A stretch of 64,000 nucleotides of DNA. Source: Paraspadella gotoi. Taxonomy: Eukaryota; Animalia; Chaetognatha. Below the pieces are notes generated by a model, which was not told the DNA's origin, ran no database searches, and was given only the letters and a program-made list of their open reading frames with translations. Position 1 is the first letter of the stretch, and each line of letters opens with the position of its first letter. The stretch spans positions 3,095,436 through 3,159,435 of the forward strand of contig CM119270.1 in assembly GCA_051294375.1 (NCBI GenBank), read 5' to 3'. This document shows, piece by piece, positions 50,050-64,000 of this stretch. Made by a program: the position numbers and the translations under genes.

Positions 50050-53000
50050 TCAAGGCGGACCCCCGGGTGCCCTTTCTCCGAGAAGAGCGTTTTTCCTAAA
50101 AGCCTCGATCCATTTTTCCGCCAACGGAGATTCGTTGACGTGAAAGCAGACTGGATCTAACTGCGCGTGCGTCAACTTCACGACGAATCCCGCGGCCACG
50201 CCCTCCAACGCCTCCGTCTCGAAAGCGGAGGCGTTTTTCTCGCCGCCCTCCGTCGAATCTTCAGCGTACCACGCTCGTTGCGCGGCCTTCTGTTTCTCGA
50301 CGTCGACAAGGGCGACGGTCCAACCGATGAGCGCCATCGTCTCTGACGGCGCCGCGTCTTCGCTTCCGCGATAAAAGAACAACGCGTTCTGTTTGATCTT
50401 AAACCACATCGTCTCCCAGAGAGCGGCGCCGTGGGACGCGACGATCGAGCGATTAAAAGGCGTCTTCCGCTTGACGCGCAAATAGCCGCATGCGTCGGCG
50501 CCGGCGTCCTTGGCTGGCTCGTCGGAGAAGGAATGAGATCGACCGGGCGCGAGTTGATTGTAGAGCGCCTCCGCCGCTGGCTCCGTCGAAGTGACGGCGA
50601 TGTCCTTGCGACGGAGCATTACGGCGCAGCGCTCGCACACGCGCGTCGCCGGCTCATCGCGGCGAAAGGGCAGGACGGCGCGAAAACGGGAGCAGGCGGA
50701 GCAGCAAGCCTTGCCGCAGGCGCGGCAGTGGTGGCGACGCTGGAAGAGGGAAAAAGGCACGAGGCACAACTGGCACATGGTGACGCGAGCGTCGGGCACC
50801 CAAACCGGAGCCACTGTGCCCACAGTGGCTTCGGTAACGACGCCGGGGGCTACGGTTTTCGACGCTGGCGAGGAAAAGGTCTTGAGACGAGACTCGTGGT
50901 CGGCGACGGTCTTTGCGAGAATCTCCATCCAGTCGTGACGCGCGGATGCCGTCGCCGCGCAGAGGATGAAGGACTTCTTAGGGGAGACGATGCTGAACTC
51001 GAATCCGTTCTCCGTCTCCAATTCGCTGTCAAAGACTCTCATTCCACCGAGGGACAGTTCGTGGCGGAGATTGACGACGCCGCCCGGCAGCGGCTGCGCG
51101 TAGAGAAGCACGTCGTTGAAGAGGATAAGCATGCGCTCCTGCGGGCCCTTGCGGCTCATCTTCATCATCAGCCCTTCCTTGACGAGCTTACGGGAGGGTT
51201 TTACCACGTCGTACTGGGACCCGCCCAGCATGTTCTGTACGCGAAGCAGGTTGTCCAACTCAGAGGTTCGGCGCAGGTAGAGGTTGGCATGTTCGGCGAC
51301 ACGGCCGGCGATGGCCAACGCCGCGTCGATCATCAGCAATGAGGAAGATCCTTGACGCACGGTCGTCACGTTGTCCGGATAATCGGTGTCCACGATGCTC
51401 TTCTTATAAGCGGTGAGGAGCAGCACGTACTTGGGCAGGCGCTGGATGATGGCCAGCATGTGCATGACCAGGGAGAGGGATCGGCAGCGCGGCGAGGCCT
51501 CGAAGGCGGAGACGGCGGCTTCGAAAGGCGGGAATTCGTCGCGAGCGGCGGCGAAGTCGACCTTGAGTCGATCGTAGTTTCCGATCCACTGAGAATAGAG
51601 GGAGAGGAAGGGACCCTGCTCCACGAAAACTGGGCAGATGTTGCCTGGAGTTGTCGACCAGGACTGGACGCGCTCGCGGAGGTCGCTAAGGATGCTGAAG
51701 GTGATGAGCGATAAATTGAGTTAACAAGAGCCAAGGTCGCCATAACTTTTCGGAAAACAAGTGCAACAAAGTTCAAACAAACAAACAAACAAACGCTTTT
51801 TCATCAAACCATCACTCCTCTCATCCATCAATCAATCAATCAATCGATCACCTTTGAGACAACCGCTGAATCTCCGGCAAATACTTGAGGATCGCCTCGA
51901 ACCGTTCCATGGGAATCGTGTGAACGTTTTTGTCGAAAGAATCGATGACGTGTCGACGAAAGTCTTCGTTGAGCAACTTGAGGATGTCGAGGAAGGCCTC
52001 TTCCGAGGAGACGATCTCCTTTGCGATCTTGAAGGCCTTCTCCTCGGCGCGGCGAGTCGACGGAGCCTCGACGGAACCGGCCGAAAGAGAGACGTCGTCG
52101 GAGATCGTTTCCGCCAACAAGGAGTCGACAGAATTTGCCTTCCCGTCGCCCACTTCCTCCTCGTGGTCATTCCTATCGCGAGTACGATCGTTGTTATTTT
52201 CCGGAGCGACGTTGGATTTCGAAACGAAGTCGGCGGGAAGGACGTAATCCTCCTGTTGCGGTTCGGCCTTCGCTTCCTTCTTCTCTCGACTTTTCGATCT
52301 GGATTTCTTCGACGATCCTTTCTCCTGCGCCATCCAATCTTTCAAGGACGTTTTTTTAAGGTATCCACCGATCGGTTCGAAGATCCCTTCCTCCGCGGCG
52401 TCTTTTGTTTTTTCGGGACTCTTGGTCGATCGACGATCGACGGCGCCATCTTTGTGGCCGACGACGCCGTCGCTATTCTGGTCAGTCGGTTGCGGATTCG
52501 CAGGATTATCGGCGGAGCCGGATTGAGTTCCGGCGTAAGTGCGGCGGCGAGGAGCGGGCATGGGCGTTGAAGTGGAATCAATGGTGGAGAAGGAACGACT
52601 CTTTTCCAATTTCGACGTCAGGTTTTCCGGTTTAAGAGGCAACGGCGGTTTTATCGCGCTACGCCCGCTGCGGCGGCGAGGTGGCGGGGTTGGAATGTCG
52701 GAAGAGTCGGAGATCGGAGTTTCCTGGCCGAGGGCGCGGGAGATGGCAGGCGTAGAGGCGGCGGAACGTTGAGTCGGAGGCGTCGAAGAAGCGGAACGAA
52801 CCGACGGAGGCGTGGAAGTCGCGGAACGAATGGTCGGAGGCGTCGCGTTGGGTTCTGGCGAATTCGGGGCGGAATCGTCGGCGAATCCGTGACGAGGATT
52901 GAAGGGTGATTCTCTGAGTCGAGGGGGCCGGGTTGGAGCTCTGACGGAAGTGTCGAAACGTTTCGTCATCGCCTTGACGGAAGCGCACTGGAACGAGGCG

Positions 53001-53569
53001 TCGATATCGCTCTCGGGATGAAGGCGGATCGTTTTGAATCCGTCGACAACATCGACTTCATTCTCTTTCTTAAGTTTTTCGCCCCGCCAATCGGCGTTGG
53101 GATCCGGGTTTCCGTCGGCTCGCTCGTCTTTTACATCCTCTACTCCTTTGGAGGAGACATCCGAGAGGCCAAGCGGCTCGTCCGTCGAGGACCGCGAGAT
53201 CGGAGAAGAGTCATTCACGTAAAACTGCGCCGATGGAGGGCGTGATCCGCGAAGGGCCGTGATTTTTTGTCTGAGGGAAAAACATTTGTAAAAGAGGAAT
53301 TTTTGGATTATTTCAAATGAGATAGAATTCATAAATCTCATTTGCATACTGTCGTATCTATATTTAAATGATTATTATATTAGGTTTTTTAACATTTTGA
53401 TTATTTTTTTTAGTCATATTCGCCGTTTTCTTTTCTTTTTCCTCTACCGCGAATCTATATAACAAACGTTAAAAAATATTTTATGACGCACTCACCGAGT
53501 ATGGGGCGTTGGAGGCGTAAGAGGCTTTGGCGAGAATCCCTCGCCGACGATTCCCGGATGATTCATCAT
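50050..53569 (-). CDS. FGD-family Cdc42 GEF (FYVE, RhoGEF and PH domain-containing; FGD5/FGD6-like)
   Basis: Exons 53569-53496, 53270-51852 and 51694-50050 join in frame. DH (KAFKIAKEIVSSEEAFLDILKLL; IIQRLPKYVLLL), PH (LVKEGLMMKMSRK...LFNDVLLY), FYVE (APVWVPDARVTMCQLC...RRHHCRACGKACC) and a second PH domain. Confidence 0.93.
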
Positions 53570-54124
53570 CCGACGAAGGACGAACGCGCATCCTCGTTAC
53601 AACTCGAATCAAAAGATTAAGGGCGGTTTATCTGAACGAGTCATTTTCCAAGGCACGGCGATGGTTAAATAGACTAGCTGAATCCATGGTTTTAATAAAA
53701 ATAATAGAATTGTGTTAAAAAGTAAAAGGTGCTGAATATGAACGTTTTATGGTATATATTTGGTTAACGAGTAAATAACAAGCAGAAGGTAAAAATATTA
53801 AGAGTTTCCTTAATTAGGAGGTTGAATTTTCAATTTTTTTAAAATTAGCTTTGTGATTAAACTTTCTTTCGTTGTGTTTTAGTGTATCAAGACTTTGTCT
53901 TTAGTTTCAATTAAAATTAGCTTTAAAAGTATATTGAGAACTTTATTTTCGTCTTTTAAAAAAATCGCCAAACTGAACGAATTCCATAAAATAATCCTAA
54001 GTTTGGAATGTGAAGGCAACCGGCGTAAAAAAAAAAAAAGGCCGTAAAGGCCGACCGGCAACGGTTGGTAAAAAAAAAAAGGCCAAAAAAGCTTCGGAGG
54101 CCAACAAAATTCGAACGTCTTCAT

Positions 54125-56409
54125 CTAAACGCAAGAAGCGGAAATGTTGGCCACGGCGGTTTCGTCGCTCGAGACGTTAACGACGACGTTGGTGCTGAAG
54201 GTCCCTTTCTCCGGAGGACGAAACTCGATGGGGACGCCGAGAAAACTTCGCGGTCTAAATAAGACGAAGACGAAATTTGAGAAAAGGATAAAGAATTAAA
54301 GATGATTAAAATAATGATTAAATGATTAAATGATTAAATAAGACGAAGACGAAATTTGAGAAAAGGATAAAGAATCAAAGATGATTAAAACCTCGTTAAC
54401 CTTCGGGCAAAAACTCACTTGATTCGAATATTGAGATGTTTCTGCCGAATGAAAAAAGGTTCGGCGACTCTCACGATACGAACGTCGCGAAACTCGTGAG
54501 TGTGATTCCTGATGATCAATTTCACTTGAGAGGCCCGACCCTTTTCCGTCTCGGGAAATTTAAGGGCGTGATCCTGAAAACGAGGATAATTAAGTGTCAC
54601 CGAATGCCTCTCACTTTCTTTCACAAACATTCGCTCTCACTTTAAGCGTCACGGAGAGACCGGAACTCTTTCTCTTCGGTCCAACGTTTTTCCCGACGTT
54701 TTCGGAAGGGACAGTGGCGACGACGGGGACGACGGCGGCGACGCTACGACGCGATTCTTTCTCCGCCGATGGCGCCACATTCTCTTTCTCGGGTCTTAGC
54801 GGCGCCTCGTCGTGGAATGGAGCCGAGGCTGACCCCGATGCCGTCGCCGCCATTTGCACGCGTAAATTCATTCGAGCGCCTCCGTCGTCGGGAACGCCCT
54901 CCAGTTCCCAGCTTTGAAGGTAAGTGCCAGGTTCGGTCGGAGAAAACATCACTACCACCTGGTGAAATGGGATTACGTAATTCAGATAGCGAGAAACTAA
55001 AACCTTATTAAAAGTGTCTCGAAAAAATAGTAAAAAAAAAAAGTGAGAGATAAAAAAATAAAAAAAAATATTCAAATGAGAGAGAAGATCTTAATCTCAT
55101 TTGAAATGAATCACAAGCTACTCTAATAAATGCCGCCATTTAAGATTATTTTTCCGAGATATTGCTAAACGAAAACTAATCAGAGCTTTCGCTCTCAGCA
55201 ATCCCTCTCTCCCCCTTTTCACCTTCGCTTCGCATTCCGGCTTCAAAATCCCCGAGGAGACGACGACCCGAAAGACTTCTCTTCCCGCCGCCCTCTGCCG
55301 TCCCTCGTGCTTCAAGTACGTCGGCGAAAATGCCGCCAAACGCCAGCGCAGCGCCTCCCGCCGCCGCCCGTTGCGCAGCAGCAGCAGGGCGTCGGAGGAA
55401 GCGCCGACGCGGGTGGGTGGAAAGAGGAGTTCGGAGAGGAAGGATGAGGAGGAGGAGCCGAGGGTGAGGATAGTTTGGGTGGAGGAGAGAGGAGGAGGAA
55501 GGGGAGGAGTCTCTCGGTTGACGGCGACCTGATACGGTGGACGGACAGACAGACAGTAAATGATTACCAATCAAGATTAAAAGTAAGTTTTATTGGTCGA
55601 GAAATAACGAACCGAAACGGTGACGGTGGCGCCGTCGTCGCCGTTAACGTAGAGATTCCCGCGCCACGGAAAGATGGCGTCTTCGGCGTCGACTAGCTGT
55701 TTGGCGACGGCGACTGAGACGGTCGAAGCAGAAAGCGAGGAGACGACGCCGTGGGAGGGCGTGACCGACAAAGCGTGGGAGGGAAAGCTCAGTTCGAAAC
55801 TGGGGGGAGAGGAAGGGACGGAGGGAGGGAGACAGAGATAATTTGATTTTCTACAAGTAAACTTCATCCGTATTTACTTTGTCACGTGTAGAATCCGGGT
55901 GCAATATATTATTCCCCAACCGTTTAACCAAATGAAACAGTTAAAAAATACTATGCTACTAAATTGATAGGAAAGCAAAGCACCCTCGAAGTTGGTGGCC
56001 TAGCTTGTCCGAAGTCAGGGTCAAAAAAAAAAGCTTGTAGAAGTAATTTTAGCTGGCATTTTTTAAATTGGTTCTACAAATTTTATCGATTTAAAACCAA
56101 CCTCAGCGGCATTGGCGCCAGGTTGCGAATCTTGACAGACATTCCGCCCAAAACCGACGACGAAGATTCGCGGGAATCGAGTGCAAACGATAAAGATTCC
56201 GGCGTCACTGACCAAGTCGCCCCCGGCGTTCGGACGGCGCCCTTTTCTGAGGAGACGCCCGAATCGGTGGTGACGCCCGAGGGTGGGGCGGCGCCGGCGG
56301 CAGAATGGGCGTCGCCAAGGGTCAAGTTGAGATTCAGAGGAGGAACGCGACTCGAGTCTTTCATCGGGACGTCCTTGGAAAAAAGATGAAATGAGAGAAG
56401 GTTAAAAAG

Positions 56410-56463
<54 letters not shown>

Positions 56464-59400
56464 AAAGCACAAACCTGCGTCAAAAAGTTCTTTCCCGGTT
56501 GTTTCCTCGCAGTCTCCAGCACCGAGGGAGTGAAGAGCTGCGTCTCCTCCAGCGGACGGAATGTCTCGTCAAAGGTGAGATCTTGAAAGCGTCGATCGAG
56601 GGCTTCATGCTGAGGTTCGTCGACGACGACGGCCAACTTGGTCGTCTTGATGGAGTTGTAGAAGAGGCGGACGTCGGAAGGACCGAGTTGGAGGCGGTCG
56701 GGTAGGGTAGTGGACTCGTTTTCGTAAGGGGAAACGAAGTTGTAGCTGGTCAGACATGGATGAACCGACGCTGCAAGAAGAGAGAGAAAAAAAAAGAATG
56801 AATAAAATAAATGAACAAAAATAAATAAATGAAATAATTATTATTTTCTTTGTCCTTGTCTTGTCTTGTTCTTGTCTTGTCTTTGTTTTTTCTTGTGACC
56901 AATTTCTTGGCCACAAATATAGTTTCTATTTCTCGCTCAAAGATTGTTTAAGAAATCATCTTTGGAATATGTGTCCATTTGAATATATGTCTACTACGTC
57001 TACTCCACTCGAAAGCACCGATTCCAAATTCCATGGGCACACGGCAAGTGTTCATACAACTTCCACCCATATGCAAACCCTGCCCCCCCCCTTTTCCTCA
57101 CCCGGCAATCTATTGGGCGGCGCGGGGGCGTTACCCAGAGCCTTGCGCAACCGCGCCCTCATCACTTCGTCGCCGTGGAAGAGCGTTAGAAATCCCAGCG
57201 GCGGTTTGGACGCGGCGTCGCCGCCCGCGCGTCGCAGCAGCTCGGCGCGCGGACAAACGACGACGACGATTTGCGTCTCGTTGACGCCGAGGACGAATTC
57301 GTTTGGTTGGGCGTGGACGGCGCCGGAAGTGAGTTTGACGCGGAGAGACTCGTCCTCGTAAAGTCCGAGGCGGACGAAGCCGGTGCGGGATCCGACGTTG
57401 GTCACTTGGAATTTGACGACGACGTTTTTGCCTGAAGGGTTGGAATCTGAGAGAGAAAGAGGAGTGAGAGAAAGAGGAGAGAGAGAAAGAGGAGAGAGAG
57501 AAAGAGGAGAGAGAGAAGATTTACCCCAAATATTGCAAGGGTCTTCCTTTGCACGTTCTCTTACCCGTCATCACTAACACCCACTGAGTCTCTTCTGTAA
57601 ATAGTCCCGACTCAAAGTAAGCAGCCGGTTTAACATTCGGTCCAAATTTGAGGGCAGAGGCGCCGCCGTAGCCTAGCAAAGGGATGGAGAACTTTCGCCT
57701 GGAACCGGAGAGCGTCTTGATGACGAGTTTGGTGGTGAAGTCGGAAACGGTCGTGGGTTTGAAGACGATGCGAAGAGGGTATTCCTCGCCTCGTTGGATG
57801 ATGATGTCCTTTCGGTCGACGAGAAGTTCGGACTCGTCTTTAGGGGATACTGGGGGGGGGACAAATAATTTTGTTGATTTATTCGAGATTAATAGTTTAA
57901 GAATATTTAAGTATATTTTTATCTCCGTACTTATATATTATTGTATGGCAACGGGGAGACATATGTGATGCCCAGGGTTGAGACATATGTGATGCCAGGG
58001 TTTGAGGCATTCCCGACAGACCTGCAGTGACCAGCCCATGTCACTGGCGTGTTTATGCCGACACTATCACACTTTAACCAGCGTGACCGTGAGGGATTGA
58101 ACGCGGAACTCACGGTTGGTGACGGTCTAGCTGTCCAAGCATGACGAGCTGATACCAAGCTATATCTTCCATATCGAAACAGAGTAAAACCAAAATTGTA
58201 ACAGAACGTAAAGCAATGGTGTCAAGAAGGTTTGCCAGGTTTTTATTATACTAATAACCCATCCGTTTACACCCTACTCACTCGTCGGAATCCAAAAGGC
58301 TTGTGTATCGTTTCCGGTCGTCTTGACCTCGAGACTGACTCGCATGTCAACTTCGTCGCTGGGATTCTTCAGCATCAAACTCAGCGATTCTTTCTTCCCG
58401 ACAGCAACTCCGCTCCACGCCAAGTAGTGCTTGTTGGCCAGCAACGCCACTTCTTTGGCAAGGGATTGGCGCCGGCGGGTGGGGCGGCGTGTGATGACGG
58501 ATGTCTTCGACGTCGCCGCCGAAACTTGCGTCAGGGTTTTGTCTCCTTCGGACGTGGCGTCGAGGCGAGAGGCGACTGCTGCGGCTTCCGCAGGCTTCCC
58601 GATCGCCTGAGGATCGAAACCACAGACGTCGACCTCAAAGACGGGCCGTTAGGGTCGATCTTGAGCAAGACGACGCCGCGACACGGCGCCGATTTGGAAT
58701 ATTCTATTTCTGGCGCGAATTTGACGAGAAGATCCTTGGTCTTTTGGTGAGGGGGGACGAAGACTTTGGACGGCCAGACTTTGATGGGGAGCTTCTCGGC
58801 GTCGGCATCGATTTTCTTGCCGGCGGCGTCGAAGCAACGAACGACGGCGTCCACGCCCATTTGGATGTTGCCCGCGTTTTGTACGGAGACGACGGCGCTT
58901 CCTGTCGGAAAATGACATTAGCAGCAATAAGCTTTATTTTAACGATAATTATTTTTGACTCCATTTATTTAGTAACTTTGGTTTTTAGGTTTTTAAGCCC
59001 TTTACTGTTGTCTCTCCCATTCTCTCTCCCCGACAAACCTTTCCCTCCTTTGGCCGCCGTAAGAGTCAACCCGTTGGTCGAGGTTCTCAGTCTGACGAAT
59101 CCCGACGTCGCCCTCAGCTTTTTGGCGGCGAGGATGTGAACAGGTCCGGGCACGTCGAGCTCGGCGACGAGTACTGCGCCGACGAGACGGGGCGGCTGCG
59201 CTTGCGAGGGAACGCCGAAATCCGCCGAGTAGGCCGACCGGAAGCCGACGGAAAATTCCTGCGACGCCACCGTCGTCGTCGGTGGCGCTTGTTGGGAGAA
59301 CGACGCCGACGAACGAGATTCGCCGGAAATTAAGAACTTGACTGCGGAAGAGGAGGCTTCGAAGCCGCCGGCGCCGCCGTCGGCCCGCTCGATGTAGAAT

Positions 59401-62400
59401 CCATGGTTGCTGAGATTGGACTGGATGTTGAGTCGAACGGGGATGGAGGCTTCACCGCGATTGATGAAGAAGACGGAGTGGAGACGATGACAATCGGAAG
59501 GGACGAGGCCAAAGTCGAGGACGTTGTCCGTCGCGTCGAGAGACTCGGACACGATCTGGACGTTGGGCAACTCGGCGACGGCTTGAAGGGGAATGGAGAC
59601 TGGGGGACCCGCGAGGGGCGGCGGGGGTTTCGACGATGACGACGGAGCGATGTCTTCGTCGCGGACACGGCTGCAAGTGACGATCAAACGACCGACGACG
59701 ACGCTGGGGGCGTGGCTGGGTTGAAAGGTAATCTTGACCGACTCGACTCCGCGAGGAGACAACGAGATGGAATCCTCGACGCGAAAAACGTTGGAGGAAG
59801 AAGGATCCTGATTGGACGAGGCCGTCGTACGCAAGGAGCATCGCAGCCAATGATCGGTCTCGTTTTCCAAGTCTAGGAAGCCTTGAAGACTCATTCCGAG
59901 ACAGCAGACGCCGGGGAATTTAAAGTCGCCAACGACCTTGACCGGAGGCTTGTCCGAGGCGAAGCGAGCCTTCTCCTGCGCTTTGGGAGTGCCAAGGGCC
60001 TGGCGAGGCTCCACGAAGGCAGTCTCCGTGACAGAAGTCGACGAAGCGTTCGAAATCACCGACGAGGCCGACGAAAAGTTGGAAAGGCGATCTTGATGAG
60101 TCGTGAAAGGTTGACTCTCTCCGGGGGCGAAGTAATTCGGCGCGAAACTCGAAGCAGGATGAGAAACGAGGCTCGAAGGATACGCCGCGGGGCCAAATGG
60201 CTGTTGTTGTTGCTGCTGAATTTCTGACAAGTGGGCGTTGATGATTTGCTGATGGAGAGCGGCAGAGTTGGGATTTATGCCACGAGGGAAAGAAGTAGGG
60301 ACGAACGGGGCGAAAGCGGAGATCGAGGATCCGATTCCGGACAAAACGGAATGACTTCTAGTTTTTCCACTTTCTTCGAAATACTTGACCGCATGTGACC
60401 CGGACATGAGCGACTGCCCCGCCAACAGCGCCGGTTCCGAGACCATCATGGGCGGATGAGGTGGACCCGAACCGGAAGTGAAATTCGAGGGATCGGCGAA
60501 TCGCTGAAGCGATTGCTGGTCCGTCGGAACGAAGGGAACCACCGGGGGAATGCCGTCGTACGTTGATGAAACGACGATTTCTTTAGGGTCATTACGTGGA
60601 CGAGGCTTGGCCTTTGCGGGCGCGATCATTTCGGCAGAGCCCGGCGGAGACTCCATCGTTTTGTCGGCTTGACCTTCCGATGGAATGTGGGAGATTTCGT
60701 GGTCGTCGTTGGAGGATTCCCCGTCCTTGACCGGCGTGGACGAACGCTTGGGATCGGCGACTTTAGAAGCTCCCGTAGAGGACGAACGTTTCTCTTCCTT
60801 CGCGGTTTCCGCCCGCTCGGGAGATAAAGGCTTCGTCCAAACGACACGATGATCACCGGTGTCGTTGACCGGAATCACGTGAACGCGTCCGGCGCGAGCT
60901 TCGCGTTCAGCGTTAAGTCGCTGAAGGATGCTGCCGGCGAGACCGGAAATTTGATCAACGTCGACTTCTGAAGGTAGAGAGGAGTCGGAAGAAGACGTCG
61001 ACAGCTCTGACGTCTGCGCGACTTTCAAATTAGAAGATTCCGTCTGTGAATCCGTCAGAGTGGAACTTTCCTCAAAGTCTTTGGTGACTGATGCGGTTGG
61101 GATGACATGCTTGCCAATTTGTCGGGGTGGAGGAGCAGGAGCAGAGTTGTTCGAGGAGGCCGGATCCAATTTGGTCGGGAGAGGTTTTTCAAAGACGGTT
61201 CCTTGCGCGCTCTTTTTACTCGCTTCTATTTTAAGGGAGGAATTGAGAGAAGGTTTGGACTGCGGCGCGGAGGAATTTGGTAAGGCGGTATAGGAAGTAG
61301 AATGGTTTGTCACTGGCTTCTTGACGAGCTTAGGAATCTTGCTGTGTTTGGTTATGGCGCCAGAAGATTCCCTAGAACACAAGACGGCCTCGGTGGACGC
61401 TTTGGAATAAGATGCCCCGCTTTGCGAGTAAACGGAAATGTTAGATGGAGCGGATTCGTTCCAGCGGCCACGGGAGGTCACCGGCTCGCTCGCGTAGCCT
61501 CCCTCATCTCGGCCCGTAACGAAATTACGCGGCAGCGACTGCACCGAAGCCGATGAGCAGCGTCCCCACCCGGTGGCGGCGGCGGCATTCGGCGGCTGAT
61601 TGGGCTGCGGAGGCGAACGTGATCGAGCACCATAACCTCCCTCGGAAGAATGAGGCCTCTCCGCGGCGTTGGTCGTTTCATTCCCCTCTCTAGCGATGCG
61701 CAATCGAAACGAAGCGGACGGTCCAACATCGTTTCCTATTGGGCGAGCGGGTGTGGCGCTCAATCCTGATTGGTTAAGATATTTGTCGACGATTGACTCA
61801 GACGCCGCCGTGAGACGCGACAAGTTAGACTCGATCGTTGGCGACGTATATTTTTCGATCTGCGATTCGCTGAGAAAGGAACGATGCTGCGTGGGCCGAA
61901 CCACGCTTGTTCGGCGGTCATCATCATGATGATTGAAGTACTTGGCGGCAGAGACTTTGGCGGCGGGGCAGACCGTGTCCGCCGATTCGGTTCGAGCATC
62001 GTCGCTTTCTTCCATCAGAGTATCTGAACTCTCGGAAGCGCGACTGAGATTCGAAGGAGGGTTGGAATCGATGGTCGGGAGACTACGAGTGGACGAGAGG
62101 CGGGAGGACGAAGTCGAATAACATCCGGGTTCGTATTCGGTGGTGGTCTCCGTGTCGGTTGATAACGAAGTGTCTTGATCCAGTGAAGTCGGCTTGGTGG
62201 TGGCGTCGTCGATCGCTGGCTTTTTCGTGTCGGTCTTTAATCGCTGCAAGTTGACAAAAGCATAATTCAAAGTAATTTTAAAATTTTACAGCAGCTTTAA
62301 ACGAACCTGCTTCGCAGCGTCGGCCTGTTGCGACAGCTGCACGATCATCTGCGCCAGCTGCATCGGGCTGTCGGTGGAGGCGGAGAGGATGGCTGCGGAG

Positions 62401-62754
62401 ATGGCGCTGATGTTTGGCGGCGCGTAAGACGCGTTGGCGGGACTCGATTCTTCAAAGGAGATGGAATTGTCGGCCGTTGAGGGCGCTTCGTCGTCCATCT
62501 TTGTGGACGCTGGGAGATTGTAGGTCAGGTTGTCCGAATGGCCCGTCGAGGGTCCGACGAGGTGTTCGCTTACAACCCTTGATTCTCCAAGGCCGATGCC
62601 ACTTCCGTCATAGTCGTCGTGATCGAGGTCGATTGCAGAGACGCCGTAGGTGGCGTTGCCCTTCGCCGCTAATCCAACGCGGATATCCGACTGAACGCTG
62701 CCATCTAAGGTACTCTGTGGGAATGAGGAGAAAAGCCTGAATTTAAGTCAAACC

Positions 62755-62798
<44 letters not shown>

Positions 62799-64000
62799 CC
62801 GTCTTTCTCGTTTTTTATCTCTCACCGATAGAGTGACTTCATCCTCCTCCTCCACTTGGCTCGTGTATAGCGGGCCAGGGCCGGCCCTGTGCAAGGGCGG
62901 AGAAACGATGGGCGCGCCAAAGCCCATGGTCGGTCGGTTGCAAGGGTCGCCCTCCTCGCCGAGGCTACCCAGAGGTTCGGAGCGTTTCCTCGCCCAAGCG
63001 CCGAAAGACATTTCCGAGACGAAGGAGACGTCGTCGGCCTCCACAGGCGTCTTGGCGTTGACGGAGGAAGGACGCCGCTCCGTGGGAAGCATCGACATTC
63101 GCGGGGATCTGAAGGATCTGGTGTTTCGAGGCAAAGAAATGAAAGGATCGATGATGTCATCAACGGAATTAAACTCACAGACCGACCGACAGAGGGATCT
63201 CAACATCAATCGCTCAACATCCAACTTCAAAAAACAATCCTTCGTTTGATTACTAACTATAATTGAAAAATTAAAAATTGATAATTGTCAACGCTGTCTG
63301 TCATCACCTTTATAATTGTTCCGTCAATAATCAAATTTGTCTAATGCTTGGCTTCACTTCTTAATTACCCCCTTCATTTAGTGATTAAATATTAACCAGG
63401 TTATGTCATGTGATGTCATAATTGTCATATATCTTACTTGGGCCTTCCCTCTTCCTCCTTTTCCTTCCCGTTTCCTCCATCTCCGCCGAACAAACTATCG
63501 TCCGCCAATCGATCCGTATTTTTCTCGAAGACTTCGTCGGGACGAAATCTATTCTCTTTCTCGAATTCTCTCTGTTCCTCGTCGATGCGGCGTCGCGCTC
63601 CCTCGGCGTCCATGACCTCGGCTTCGTCGAAGAGCGATTCCGAGAGCTGCTGCGGCGACGCCGTAGCGTCGAAGGGGTTGACGGCGCCGCCGCCGCCGCC
63701 GACGGAAAGGGAAAGTTCGAAGACGCCGCCACCGTCGGGAGTAGGGAAGGAGATGTCGGTGAGTTCGAAACGGGATGGAAGAGATTTCGGAAGGCCCTGC
63801 GAAATTTTAGGATTTGGATATTGATTGGTTGATTGATGATTGGATTCACTGGTTGATTGATGATTAGATTCACTGGTTGATTGATGATTTTATTCCATGA
63901 TGAATTGATGATTCAACTTCGACGATTGATTTTATTGATTGATTGATCACTATCACCTCCACGTCCACATCCAAAACGGAGGCGTTCTGCGTGTCGGTGG
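54125..64000 (-). CDS. CEP192: Centrosomal protein of 192 kDa (CEP192/SPD-2) homolog; 5' end beyond the window
   Basis: Exons approx. >64000-63957, 63796-63438, ~63117-62826, 62736-62307, 62243-59039, 58901-58282, 57849-57565, 57446-57102, 56770-56475, 56373-56102, 55799-55613, 55528-55223, 54958-54641, 54573-54419 and 54254-54125. Long Ser-rich N-terminal half, then tandem ASH/PapD-like domains (FPGVCCLG...LENETDHWLRC, VLDFG, SIPLLGYGGAS, VTNVGSRTGFV, LFHGDEVMR, FSPTEPGTYLQSWEL, FPET...VKLIIRN). Confidence 0.85.
54256..54391. repeat. ~55-bp direct duplication in the last CEP192 intron, next to the acceptor
   Basis: taaataagacgaagacgaaatttgagaaaaggataaagaat occurs at ~54256 and ~54335. Confidence 0.85.

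Noticed and set aside
47823-53245. Plus-strand ORFs overlapping TTC39C and FGD, and similar ones over CEP192 and MYND-1
   Set aside because: Antisense or off-frame shadows of GC-rich coding sequence with no recognisable motifs.
57565-57680. Possible GC donor or SINE at 57671
   Set aside because: The CEP192 frame continues through SIPLLGYGGAS to a normal GT donor at 57564.

Overview
Eukaryotic (metazoan, invertebrate-like) genomic DNA: compact, intron-containing, with (GA)n microsatellites, N gaps and patches of uncorrected long-read-type indels. Gene order: Musashi RRM gene (+), a CD225/dispanin membrane-protein gene (+), a 32-bp satellite, a divergent CatSper2 sperm cation channel gene (+, about 17 exons reconstructed by hand), two variant MYND zinc-finger genes (+), an NT5DC2/3-type 5'-nucleotidase (-), TTC39C-like (-), an FGD-family RhoGEF (-) and CEP192/SPD-2 (-, runs off the window end). 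The 28.5-47.5 kb region repeats the MYND-2/NT5DC block two to three times, most likely as an assembly artefact. The most unusual signals are in CatSper2, where splice-site-spanning segments are repeatedly duplicated: a 27 x 125-bp array of exon tail plus donor, a 33-bp acceptor repeat, and a second copy of the S4 voltage-sensor exon tail that differs only at synonymous sites. All homology calls come from recalled family motifs; no searches were run.
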